Source: Candidatus Latescibacterota bacterium (GTDB lineage: Bacteria > Latescibacterota > UBA2968 > UBA8231). Taken from it: DNA of 64,000 nt. The translations under genes were made by a program, and so were the position numbers. The notes beneath the pieces are model-generated. The model worked only from the letters and a program-made list of their open reading frames with translations. It did not search any database and was not told the origin of the DNA. The DNA lies in NCBI GenBank assembly GCA_965221775.1, contig CBDCSU010000005.1, forward strand, positions 64,001 through 128,000, in the 5' to 3' direction. Shown piece by piece: positions 41,983 to 50,529 of this stretch; position 1 is the stretch's first letter; every line of letters starts with the position of its first letter.

Positions 41983-42128
41983 CGGTGGCCCGGGAACCAC
42001 CGGAATGTCCCAGTCGTACATGATCCTTCCACTGCCTGACGGCCGGCGCGACAAAGAGGAACCGGCGACCGTGGTGGATACCCGGGGAGGGCTGGAACGA
42101 ACCGCATTTTCGCAGGGGGGTAGCCTTC

Positions 42129-42158
42129 AATATAACCGGTCTCGCCCTTGTCCTGCAA
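42129..42158 (-). promoter_or_regulatory. Possible sigma70 promoter for the PAS gene pair
   Basis: Minus strand TTGCAG-18nt-TATATT. Confidence 0.45.
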
Positions 42159-42176
42159 GCGGCTGCAGGGCCGCGA

Positions 42177-42599
42177 TCAGACCCCTCCGGCCTGCTGCAC
42201 CGTGACCTGCAGGCTGAAAGGATCCGACGGATCCTCCAGGGCCAGGATCACCTCCATGTCTCCGTCGAGGACGACCGATGCCTTGCGCCGGACCCGGAGC
42301 CCCTGTTCCGGCGGGACCCTGAGCACCAGGTCGAGCTTCAGCTCGGTGCCGGCGCTCAGGCTTCCCCCGCCCACGTCCCGCCGTTCCCCCGGCCCTACGA
42401 CGGCCCGGACGACGGCCGCCTCGTCCTGCTCTCCGGCCCTCAGGTAGGCGACCTCCACCGCAAACGGCGTCCGGTTGTCGACCAGAACGGATCCGTCCTC
42501 CGGTGGGGCGCCGTTGTCCGGATCGACGACATCCGTCCCGCCGCCCCCGCAAGCGAGCATCGCCGCGGCGGCTCCCGCCGGCCCCAGCCATTGCAGCAA
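42177..42599 (-). CDS. Hypothetical lipoprotein (start uncertain)
   Basis: AAAAMLAC lipobox followed by GGGG linker and a beta-rich domain; TTG at 42599 taken as the start. Confidence 0.55.
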   Translation of the reverse strand: MLQWLGPAGAAAAMLACGGGGTDVVDPDNGAPPEDGSVLVDNRTPFAVEVAYLRAGEQDEAAVVRAVVGPGERRDVGGGSLSAGTELKLDLVLRVPPEQGLRVRRKASVVLDGDMEVILALEDPSDPFSLQVTVQQAGGV

Positions 42600-42627
42600 C
42601 CGCCCGAAAGTCCGGGGGCGGAGCTGA

Positions 42628-42656
42628 TTGCGTACGGTCCAAGTGGGTGGTATACT
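42628..42656 (+). promoter_or_regulatory. sigma70 promoter for the LysM amidase
   Basis: TTGCGT-17nt-TATACT with extended -10 TG. Confidence 0.65.
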
Positions 42657-42753
42657 TGCCCTTACCCCCACTTCGGCGGCGCCGTTCCCGGATGTCCGCC
42701 ATCGCTCTCGTCCCACCGCCTCTCTCCCCGTCCGCTTCCACGGACCCTCCATC

Positions 42754-44913
42754 TTGCACCTGTGCCGGTTGCTGCTCGCATTGGTGTGCCTCTTCGCCGC
42801 CCCGGTCACCACGGCCGGGGACGTGCACATGGTGCGGCCGGGCGACACCCTGTCGCAAATCGCCCAGCGCTACCGCGTCAGCCTCGCAGACCTGCGGCGC
42901 TGGAACCGGCTCTCCTCCGATGCCATCACCGTGGGCCAGCGGCTGGAGGTCTCGGCCCCCGCCAGCTCCTACATCGTGCGGCCCGGCGACAGCCTTTCCC
43001 GGATCGCCCATCGTCACGGCCTCACCTCCGCCGACCTGCGACGCTTCAACAACCTGACAGGCGACCGCATCCGCCCGGGCCAGGTGCTCCGCCTGCGGCG
43101 GCAGCCGGAGAGGCCGGCCAGGTACGTGGTGCGCCCGGGCGACACCCTCTCGGAGATCGCCGTCGCCCACGGCACGACCACCGCCGAGCTGCTCCGTCTC
43201 AACGCCATCAGCGGTGACGCCATCCGGGCCGGCCAGTCCCTGCGCCTCGAAGGAGAGGTCCCGAAGGCCTCGAAGACCCCGGAAAAGTACGTGGTCCGCC
43301 GCGGCGACACCCTCTCCGAGATCGCCGTCCGCTTCGATGTCCAGCTGGGGCTGCTGCGGCAGCTCAACGACCTGGAGGGTGACCGCATCCGGGTCGGCCA
43401 GAGGCTGCGCCTGCGGCCCTCGCCCAAGCAGGCGAGCATCCACGTGGTGCTGCCCGGCCAGACCCTCTACCAGATCGCCGCCCTGTACGAGATCGATCTC
43501 GGGCGCCTGCGCCACCTGAACGGCCTGGAGGGCGACCTCATCCGGCCTGGGCAGAAGCTCCACCTTCGCCCGACGCCGGCCACGGTGCACGTCGTCGAGC
43601 GCGGCGACGCCCTCTGGGAGATCGCCCGCGCCTACGGCCTGTCGGTGGCGGACCTGAAAGCCCTCAACCGTCTCCAGGGGGACAGCATCTATCCGGGGCA
43701 ACGGCTGCTCCTGGGACAGGACCGCAGGCCGCGGCTGGCCAGCTACACCGTCGTCCGCGGCGACAACCTGTCGGAGATCGCCCAGCTCCACCAGATGAGC
43801 GTCGCCGAGCTCCGGCGTCTCAACGATCTCTCCAGCATGGTCATCCACCCCGGTCAGAAGCTGAAGGTCCGGCCGCTGCTGGGGCGACCGGGACGGTCCG
43901 ACCCGTCCCAGCTCGACCCGTCCCGGATCCCCTGGGATCGGCTCCTGATCGACGTGGCCGGCCTCCGGCGCATCGCCCGCGACAACGGTCCGTACTACGG
44001 ACAGCGCCCCCGGGCGCGCCGCCAGCCGAGCCGGAACTACGCCGAGAAACACCCCCCCTCCCCCCTGCGGACCTACCGGCAGGCGAGGAAGCTCTGGGAC
44101 CGGTTCGAGGGCGAGGTCGGCCGCCTCGGCCGCCTCGGCAACGACCTGGCCGGGTGGCACTTCGTGCTCGACCCCGGGCACGGGGGCATCGATCCCGGGG
44201 CGATCGTGCGGACCATCGCCGGCGACGGCACCCGCCTCTACATCGTCGAGGACGAGTACGTCTACGACATCACCCTGCGAGCCTACGTGCTGCTTCGGCT
44301 GCACGGGGCCAACGTCGATGTCACGCTGTTGAGCCCCAACCATCTCATCCGCCGGACGGAGCCGCCGACGCAGACCTTCGTGCACCAGCAGAACGAGGTC
44401 TTCAACAGCTTCGCCCTCAACCGCGCCGACCACCGGCGCCAGTGGCCCATGGGCAACTCCAGGGGCCTCAAGGCCCGGGTGCAGATCACGCGGGACGCCC
44501 TGCGCAAGGCCCCCAGGGGGCGCTCCATCTTCCTCTCCTTCCACGCCGATCACGACCCCAACTCCCCCCAGGCGCCCCTGGTGCTCTACTACGAACGGCA
44601 CGGCAAGCGCGACGATGCCTCCCGCCGCTTCGCCCGCGCCCTGCTGCCCGCCCTCGGCGCCGGCGGCCGGACCCGCGGTCAGTCCCTGGCGGTCCTGCGC
44701 GGCAATCCCGCTTCGGTGAAGGTCCTGGTGGAGGTCGCCAACCTCGCCTACGTCGATCACGCCTGGGCCCTGCGCTTCGAGCAGCACCGGCAGCGGGAAG
44801 CGGAGAAGGTCGTCCGCGGCGTGCTGGACTACGTGCGCCAGCAAGCAGCTGGCGCGGCGCTGATCCCCAGAACGAAGAAAGGCCCCGGGCAAGCAACTCC
44901 CCGGGGCCTCTGA
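42754..44913 (+). CDS. N-acetylmuramoyl-L-alanine amidase (Amidase_3) with seven LysM domains
   Basis: Signal peptide from TTG 42754; seven V-x-x-G-D/Q-x-L-x-x-IA LysM repeats; VLDPGHGG, VEDE, SFHAD, LVEVAN. Confidence 0.9.
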   Translation: MHLCRLLLALVCLFAAPVTTAGDVHMVRPGDTLSQIAQRYRVSLADLRRWNRLSSDAITVGQRLEVSAPASSYIVRPGDSLSRIAHRHGLTSADLRRFNNLTGDRIRPGQVLRLRRQPERPARYVVRPGDTLSEIAVAHGTTTAELLRLNAISGDAIRAGQSLRLEGEVPKASKTPEKYVVRRGDTLSEIAVRFDVQLGLLRQLNDLEGDRIRVGQRLRLRPSPKQASIHVVLPGQTLYQIAALYEIDLGRLRHLNGLEGDLIRPGQKLHLRPTPATVHVVERGDALWEIARAYGLSVADLKALNRLQGDSIYPGQRLLLGQDRRPRLASYTVVRGDNLSEIAQLHQMSVAELRRLNDLSSMVIHPGQKLKVRPLLGRPGRSDPSQLDPSRIPWDRLLIDVAGLRRIARDNGPYYGQRPRARRQPSRNYAEKHPPSPLRTYRQARKLWDRFEGEVGRLGRLGNDLAGWHFVLDPGHGGIDPGAIVRTIAGDGTRLYIVEDEYVYDITLRAYVLLRLHGANVDVTLLSPNHLIRRTEPPTQTFVHQQNEVFNSFALNRADHRRQWPMGNSRGLKARVQITRDALRKAPRGRSIFLSFHADHDPNSPQAPLVLYYERHGKRDDASRRFARALLPALGAGGRTRGQSLAVLRGNPASVKVLVEVANLAYVDHAWALRFEQHRQREAEKVVRGVLDYVRQQAAGAALIPRTKKGPGQATPRGL
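44880..44909 (-). terminator. Intrinsic terminator of the convergent small gene, lying within the amidase 3' end
   Basis: AGGCCCCGGG-10nt-CCCGGGGCCT followed by TTCTTCGTT on the minus strand. Confidence 0.6.
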
Positions 44914-44930
44914 ACCTCGAGCGGGCGCTC

Positions 44931-45179
44931 TCAGGCGGTAACCACCCTCACACCGAGCAGGCGCCTGGCGGCTCGCCGCACGACCTCGGGCTCCAGGCCG
45001 GCCAACTCGCACCAGGGATCGATCCGGGGACTCTCCACGAAGTCCACCTCCATCACCTCGTCGGTTACCTCCTCGGTCTTCGAGATTTCCCGCAACGTGC
45101 TGAGAATCATGGCGTTGGCCAACCTACGATAGGCCAGGGACACGCGTTCTACCTGGGCTGCGTCCTGATCCGTACGCAT
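44931..45179 (-). CDS. Small hypothetical protein (82 aa)
   Basis: MRTDQDAAQVERVSLAYRRLANAMILSTLREI...WCELAGLEPEVVRRAARR; followed by its own terminator. Confidence 0.6.
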   Translation of the reverse strand: MRTDQDAAQVERVSLAYRRLANAMILSTLREISKTEEVTDEVMEVDFVESPRIDPWCELAGLEPEVVRRAARRLLGVRVVTA

Positions 45180-45327
45180 GGCGATCCCGTTCGTTAAAGT
45201 GGACATGATCTGGCACGATTTTGCACCCCTATCGGCGCTTTGCCCACAATGTACGGAATTATCGAGCCGGGATCGGGAAAAAGTTGAACCCCGCCGAAAA
45301 AAGCCCGCGCCGGTGCCCCTCGTATCC

Positions 45328-46329
45328 TCAGAGGGCGTGCTCGAGGGCGGCGGCGTAGATCCGCCCCAGGTGGCGCATGGTGCGCAGCGCCGCCGCCGCG
45401 TCGGCTCCGGGCGCCGGGCGGCCCTCGACAGCGTCCACGAAGGCCTCCCACTCCCGTGACCAGGACCGGTCGGGGCCGGGGAACCGCCGGAGCCGCTCCT
45501 GCGGAGCTCCTCCCTCCGGGGGCCGGCGGCCGAGGACGAGCCGCTCCTCACCGTAGGACCCGCCGAGGCCCTCGGCGACGGCGTATCCGTCCCGCCCGAA
45601 GACCTCCAGGCTGAACAGGTTCCTCCACTGGGTCCAGCTCACGTGCAGAGAGGCGATCTGGCCCGCGGCCGTGCGCATCAGGGCGAAGGCGTTGTCCTCC
45701 ACGGGCATGTCCCAGAAAGCGGTCACCGCCTCGGCGCTGACGGCCTCGAAGTCGCAGCCCAGGATCCACAGGAAGAGGTCGACGAGGTGAGCGCCCTGGT
45801 CGAGCAGCTCGCCCCCGCCAGAGACAGCCGCATCGGACCGCCACTCGCGGTCGTAGCCCGGGCGGCCCCCGTGGCCGTAGCGACCGCGCACGAACATCAG
45901 GGGACCGAGGCTCCCCTCCCCCGCCGCCCGCCGGACGCCCTCCACGGCCGGGTGGAAGCGATGGTTGTACCCGGCCCTCAGGACCCGGCCGTGGTCCCGG
46001 GCAGCGGCGGCCACCTCTTCGACCTCGGCGGCGTTCCGGCCGAGGGGCTTCTCGCACAGAACGTGACGGCCGGCCTCCAGGGCCGCCACCGAGATCTCCG
46101 CCAGCAGGTGGTGAGGAGTCGAGACCACGACCAGATCGACGCCGTCGGCGGCGGCCAGGGACCGCCAGTCGCCGTGGGCACGGGCACCGTGCTCGGCAGC
46201 CAGACGCCGGGCCGCCGTCTCGTCGACATCGCAGACGGCCACCAGCCGGCTCGCCTCGTCGGCGGCCACCGCCGCCGCCCGCTGGCTCCCCGCGCGGCCG
46301 GCTCCGATCACGGCGACCCGGTGAGTCAT
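45328..46329 (-). CDS. Gfo/Idh/MocA family oxidoreductase
   Basis: VAVIGAG, HVLCEKPLG, GYNHRFHP, GGGELLDQGAHLVD. Confidence 0.9.
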   Translation of the reverse strand: MTHRVAVIGAGRAGSQRAAAVAADEASRLVAVCDVDETAARRLAAEHGARAHGDWRSLAAADGVDLVVVSTPHHLLAEISVAALEAGRHVLCEKPLGRNAAEVEEVAAAARDHGRVLRAGYNHRFHPAVEGVRRAAGEGSLGPLMFVRGRYGHGGRPGYDREWRSDAAVSGGGELLDQGAHLVDLFLWILGCDFEAVSAEAVTAFWDMPVEDNAFALMRTAAGQIASLHVSWTQWRNLFSLEVFGRDGYAVAEGLGGSYGEERLVLGRRPPEGGAPQERLRRFPGPDRSWSREWEAFVDAVEGRPAPGADAAAALRTMRHLGRIYAAALEHAL

Positions 46330-47150
46330 GGCTTCAGGCGCCGAACCGCGCCGCCCTCGCCGGCCATCACCGCCCCCACGTCGAGGTGCTCCCAGTCGTC
46401 CCACACGGCCGACAGCAGACGGCCGCTCAGGCCCGCGGAGCGCTGCGAGACCAGGTAGAGGACGAGTTCCGCCGCCCCATCGGGAGTGGCTGCCGGCGCC
46501 TCGGGGGCGGCTCCTCCCTCGGCGGCGGCCATCTCCCGGAGGGCGGCCGCGGCCTCCCGCGCCATGTCGGTGCGGACGGCCCCGGGGGCCACGGCGTTGA
46601 CGCGCACCCCGTGGGGTGCCACCTCGGCCGCCAGGGTCTCGGTGAAACGCACCACCCCCGCTTTGGCGGCGCCGTAGGCGCTGAACCACGGCCGCGGACT
46701 CACCGCTCCCCCGCCGGAGAGGTTGACGATCGCGCCGTGCCGGCGGGCGATCATGCCGGGCAGCACGGCTCGGCTACAGAGGAAGCAGCCGCCGAGGTTG
46801 ACCCGCACCGCCCGCAGCCAGACCTCGGGATCGGCCTGGTGAGCCGGCCCGACCGGGCCCAGGACTCCCGCGTTGTTCACCAGGATGTCGATCCCGCCCC
46901 AGGCCCGCTCGACCTCGGCGACGCCGGCGGCGACCTGCCCGGGGAGGGAGACATCGGCGGCCAGGGCCAGGGCGGCAGAGCCCGCAGCCGACAGCTCCCG
47001 CGCCGCCTCTTCGACCTGTTGCCGCGTCCTGGCCAGGACGGCCACGCGGGCGCCGGCGGCCCCCAAGGTCCGGGCGATGGACCGCCCGATGCCCCGTCCG
47101 CCGCCGGTGACCAGGGCGTTCCGGCCCTCCAGCTCCCCCCCTGCGCTCAT
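46326..47150 (-). CDS. SDR family oxidoreductase
   Basis: VTGGGRGIG, LVNNAG, YGAAK, VRVNAVAPG. Confidence 0.92.
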   Translation of the reverse strand: MSAGGELEGRNALVTGGGRGIGRSIARTLGAAGARVAVLARTRQQVEEAARELSAAGSAALALAADVSLPGQVAAGVAEVERAWGGIDILVNNAGVLGPVGPAHQADPEVWLRAVRVNLGGCFLCSRAVLPGMIARRHGAIVNLSGGGAVSPRPWFSAYGAAKAGVVRFTETLAAEVAPHGVRVNAVAPGAVRTDMAREAAAALREMAAAEGGAAPEAPAATPDGAAELVLYLVSQRSAGLSGRLLSAVWDDWEHLDVGAVMAGEGGAVRRLKP

Positions 47151-47268
47151 GGGCGGCGAAGGTATGCGAGATCGGCTTTCGGGGAAAGACAGCCGCGTTG
47201 CCTGTGTGCTCCCATCCTTTACATTTTACAACCACTTCGGACCATCCAGCCCCTTCACGGATCACCCC

Positions 47269-48720
47269 ATGTCCCTCTGTGCGACCGAGGCCGACCCGCG
47301 CGCGATCTGCCGCCGCATCAACGCGAGCGCACCCGCCGAGTACATCTTCGAGGGCGACCGCTCGCGGCTCCATCCCGAGAGCCGCCTGCCTTGGCGGATC
47401 TCGCCGGAGCCGTTCTGGCTGACCGCCGACCAGCACGCCTTCCTGCTGCGGCTGGGTCCGGCGCTGCACGCCTTCAACCGCGCCGCCAATCTCCTCTACC
47501 ACCAGAGCACCAGGGGCCTGCAGCCGGACTGGGTGCGCGCCTACCTCGACGCCGGCAAGCCGGAGCGGACCGTCGACATGGGCCGGCTCAACCGCGTCAA
47601 GTCGCATCTGCCCGTGGTGATCCGCCCCGACCTCATCGTCACCGCCGACGGCGTGCGTGCCGCCGAGCTCGACTCGGTTCCCGGCGGCATCGGTTTCACC
47701 GCCCAGCTCACCGCCGCTTACGCCGATCTCGGCTACGAGCTGGTGGGCGGCGCCCAAGGCCTGGTTGAGGGATTCTGGCAGGCCGTTGCGGGGACGGCCA
47801 AGGACCGCGACGAGCCCGTGGTCTGCATCCTCGTCTCCGACGAGGCCGAGGCCTACCGGGGCGAGATGGAGTGGCTGGCCGGCGCCCTGCGGGAACGCGG
47901 CCGCCCCGTCCACTGCCGCCACCCGCGGGAACTGCATGTCGACGACGACGGCGTGCTCATCGACGAAGGCGGCGGGCGGCTCCGGGTGGACGTGGCCTAC
48001 CGGTTCTTCGAGCTCTTCGACCTGCCCAACATCCCGAAGGTCGAACTGCTCTCCTACCACGCCAAGAAGAACGCGGTGCGCGTGACACCGCCCATGAAGG
48101 CCTATCTCGAGGAGAAGATGTGGCTCGCCCTGTTCCACAATCGGCGGCTGACCTCTTTCTGGGAACGGGAGCTCCCGGGCGATGTCCGCGATCTGCTGGA
48201 GGGCATCTTCCCCTCTACCTGGGTCCTCGACCCCGCCCCCGTGCCGCCCCACTCCGTGGTGCCCGGTCTGCAGGTCGGAGGACGTCCGGTCGGCGGCTGG
48301 GAGGAGCTGCGCCACCTCAGCAAGAAGGAGCGCGAGCTCGTCATCAAGCCCTCGGGGTTCTCGGAGAAGGCCCAGCAGAGCCGCGGTGTCACCGTCGGCC
48401 ACGACGTGCCCGAGGAAGACTGGCGCGACGCTCTCGACGAGGCCCTGCGGTCCTTCGAGCAGACGCCCCAGGTGCTGCAGGACTTCCACAAGGGCGCCCG
48501 CCTGCCGGCCCGCTACTACGACTTCGAGTCCGATTCCATCCAGAGCATGCACGGCCGCGTGCTCCTGCGCCCCTACTACTACGTCGTCGGCGAGGAGGTG
48601 CTGCTCGCCGGCGTGCAGTGCCTGGTCTGCCCCTCCGACAAGAAGGTCCTGCACGGCATGACCGAGGCGGTGCTGACGCCCGCCGCCGTGGCGCCGGCTT
48701 CGGAGGACGGCACCGGATGA
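47269..48720 (+). CDS. ATP-grasp-like / glutathionylspermidine-synthase-like ligase of unknown substrate
   Basis: VIRPDLI, AAELDSVPGGIG, YRFFELFD, EEK, LVIKPSG...SRGVTVG, VLQDF; upstream TTGCCT-16nt-TACATT supports this start. Confidence 0.6.
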   Translation: MSLCATEADPRAICRRINASAPAEYIFEGDRSRLHPESRLPWRISPEPFWLTADQHAFLLRLGPALHAFNRAANLLYHQSTRGLQPDWVRAYLDAGKPERTVDMGRLNRVKSHLPVVIRPDLIVTADGVRAAELDSVPGGIGFTAQLTAAYADLGYELVGGAQGLVEGFWQAVAGTAKDRDEPVVCILVSDEAEAYRGEMEWLAGALRERGRPVHCRHPRELHVDDDGVLIDEGGGRLRVDVAYRFFELFDLPNIPKVELLSYHAKKNAVRVTPPMKAYLEEKMWLALFHNRRLTSFWERELPGDVRDLLEGIFPSTWVLDPAPVPPHSVVPGLQVGGRPVGGWEELRHLSKKERELVIKPSGFSEKAQQSRGVTVGHDVPEEDWRDALDEALRSFEQTPQVLQDFHKGARLPARYYDFESDSIQSMHGRVLLRPYYYVVGEEVLLAGVQCLVCPSDKKVLHGMTEAVLTPAAVAPASEDGTG

Positions 48721-49799
48721 GCGGCCCGATCCTCATCGACGGCGCCCCGGTCGAGGCGGATGCCCGCGGCCCGGGGGACAAGCTCGCCGAACTCGAGGAG
48801 ATCCTGCGTCCCCTGGGACGCGTTCTGATCGGCTACTCCGGCGGGGTCGACAGCGCCCTCCTCGTCGTCGCCGCCCACCGGGTCCTGGGCACAAACGCCA
48901 TCGCCGTCACCGCCGACTCCGAGAGCTACGCCGAGGGCGAGCTGGAGCTGGCGGCGGAGGTGCTGCGTCCCTTCGGCATCCGCCACGAGGTGGTCCGCAC
49001 GGGCGAGCTCGACAACCCGGATTACGCCGCCAACCCGGTCAACCGCTGCTACTACTGCAAGAGCGAGCTGTTCTCCCACATGACCGCCCTGGCCGCGGAT
49101 CTGCAGGTCGACAACCTGCTCTTCGGCCACAACGCCGACGACCGGGGCGACTACCGGCCGGGAGCCACCGCGGCCCTCGAGTTCGGGGTGCGGGCGCCGC
49201 TGCAGGAGGCCCGTCTGACCAAGCAGGACGTGCGCGACCTGGCCCGGCGCCTGGAGATCCCCGTGTGGGACCGGCCGGCCCTGGCCTGTCTCTCCTCCAG
49301 GTTCCCCTACGGCACCCCGGTCACCCGCGAGGGGCTGCGCCGCGTCGACGCCGCCGAGAAGCGGGTGCGGGCCGAGGGCTTCGGCTCACACGTCCGCGTG
49401 CGCCATCACGAAGAGGTGGCCCGCATCGAGCTCCCGGCGGACGACCTGGCGCGGCTGCTCTCCGACCGCTCCCTGCGCGGCCGGTTGCGCACGGAGCTCC
49501 TCGATCTCGGTTATTCCAGGGTCACGGCCGATCTGCGCGGCTTCCGCTCCGGCAGCCTGAACGAGGTGCTGACCGGTGCCGGGGGCGGCGGCGACCCGGC
49601 GGCGGCCGTGCGACGGGAGGCCTCCGGCCTCGGCCTGCTCCCGTGCGAGTCCGGGGAGCAGGGCCAGGTCCTCTGGATACGCCTCTCGGAAGAGGCCGGG
49701 GACCGCCTTGGGGAGAATTCGCTGCGCACCGCCCTGGTCTCCGCCGGGGAGCGCGCCGGGGCCCGCTACGTCGCCCTCGACCTGACTCCCGCCTCTTGA
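48717..49799 (+). CDS. larE: LarE-family ATP-dependent sulfur transferase (PP-loop) with C-terminal extension
   Basis: YSGGVDS, NRCYYCK, DDRGDYRPG, PALACLSSRFPYG, VRVRHH, GFRSGSLN; ATGA overlap. Confidence 0.88.
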   Translation: MSGPILIDGAPVEADARGPGDKLAELEEILRPLGRVLIGYSGGVDSALLVVAAHRVLGTNAIAVTADSESYAEGELELAAEVLRPFGIRHEVVRTGELDNPDYAANPVNRCYYCKSELFSHMTALAADLQVDNLLFGHNADDRGDYRPGATAALEFGVRAPLQEARLTKQDVRDLARRLEIPVWDRPALACLSSRFPYGTPVTREGLRRVDAAEKRVRAEGFGSHVRVRHHEEVARIELPADDLARLLSDRSLRGRLRTELLDLGYSRVTADLRGFRSGSLNEVLTGAGGGGDPAAAVRREASGLGLLPCESGEQGQVLWIRLSEEAGDRLGENSLRTALVSAGERAGARYVALDLTPAS

Positions 49800-50329
49800 T
49801 CCGCGAGATCGTCCTCTACGGCTCGAAGGTCCTGCGCCGCAAGGCCCTCCCGGTGACCTCGGTCGACGCCGAGGTGAAGGCACTCATCCAGGATCTCTTC
49901 GACACCCTGGCCGAGGCCGACGGCGTCGGCCTGGCGGCGCCCCAGATCGGCGTCTCCCGCCGCGTGATCGTCGTCGACATCTCCGCCGCCGAGGCCCGGC
50001 ACCCGCCCGTGGCCCTCGTCAATCCCGTCGTCGACGCCGGCCGCGGCTCAGTCACCGCAGAAGAGGGCTGCCTGAGCATCCCCGAGGTCTACGGCGAGGT
50101 CTCCCGGTACACCGATGTCGACGTCTCCGCCCTGGACCACGAAGGGCGTCCCTTCGCGTTCACCGCCGAGGGCTTCTTCGCCCGTGTCCTGCAGCACGAG
50201 ATCGACCATCTCGACGGCCGGCTCTTCATCGACCACCTGCCCCCCCTCAAGCGTCAGCTGTTGCGCGGCGCCCTCAAGCGCATCCGCAAGGAGGGCGAGG
50301 AGTGGGACCGGCGGCACTCGCCGCACTGA
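49796..50329 (+). CDS. def: Peptide deformylase
   Basis: TTGA overlap; GVGLAAPQIG, EGCLS, QHEIDHLDG. Confidence 0.95.
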   Translation: MIREIVLYGSKVLRRKALPVTSVDAEVKALIQDLFDTLAEADGVGLAAPQIGVSRRVIVVDISAAEARHPPVALVNPVVDAGRGSVTAEEGCLSIPEVYGEVSRYTDVDVSALDHEGRPFAFTAEGFFARVLQHEIDHLDGRLFIDHLPPLKRQLLRGALKRIRKEGEEWDRRHSPH

Positions 50330-50336
50330 CGGCGCG

Positions 50337-50365
50337 TTGACAGGCGCACGGACCGCCGTTAGCTT
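50337..50365 (+). promoter_or_regulatory. sigma70 promoter of tRNA-Asp
   Basis: TTGACA-17nt-TAGCTT just upstream of the tRNA. Confidence 0.7.
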
Positions 50366-50386
50366 CTTGAACTTGCTCTACTGCAC

Positions 50387-50464
50387 GGGATCGTAGTTCA
50401 GCTGGTATAGAACGCCGGCCTGTCACGCCGGAGGTCGCGGGTTCGAGTCCCGTCGGTCCCGCCA
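50387..50464 (+). tRNA. tRNA-Asp (GTC)
   Basis: Acceptor GGGATCG/CGGTCCC, anticodon arm CCGGC-CTGTCAC-GCCGG, T-loop GGTTCGAGTCC, encoded CCA. Confidence 0.96.
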
Positions 50465-50470
50465 GAATCC

Positions 50471-50505
50471 AAAAGGCCCTGGATGCTCGCATCCAGGGCC
50501 TTTTT
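50471..50505. terminator. Bidirectional intrinsic terminator
   Basis: AAAAGGCCCTGGATGC-TC-GCATCCAGGGCCTTTTT between the tRNA and the convergent feoB-like gene. Confidence 0.85.
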
Positions 50506-50529
50506 CCATTGCCGTCGGCAGGTCCGCGT

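Noticed and set aside
42020-42045. Minus-strand GTCAGGCAGTGGAAGGATC, resembling SRP RNA helix 8
   Set aside because: The stem around GGAA does not pair and the AGCAG motif is absent.
45211-45225. TGGCACGATTTTGCA, resembling a sigma54 promoter
   Set aside because: Spacing is GG-N9-GC, one base short, and there is no plus-strand gene downstream.
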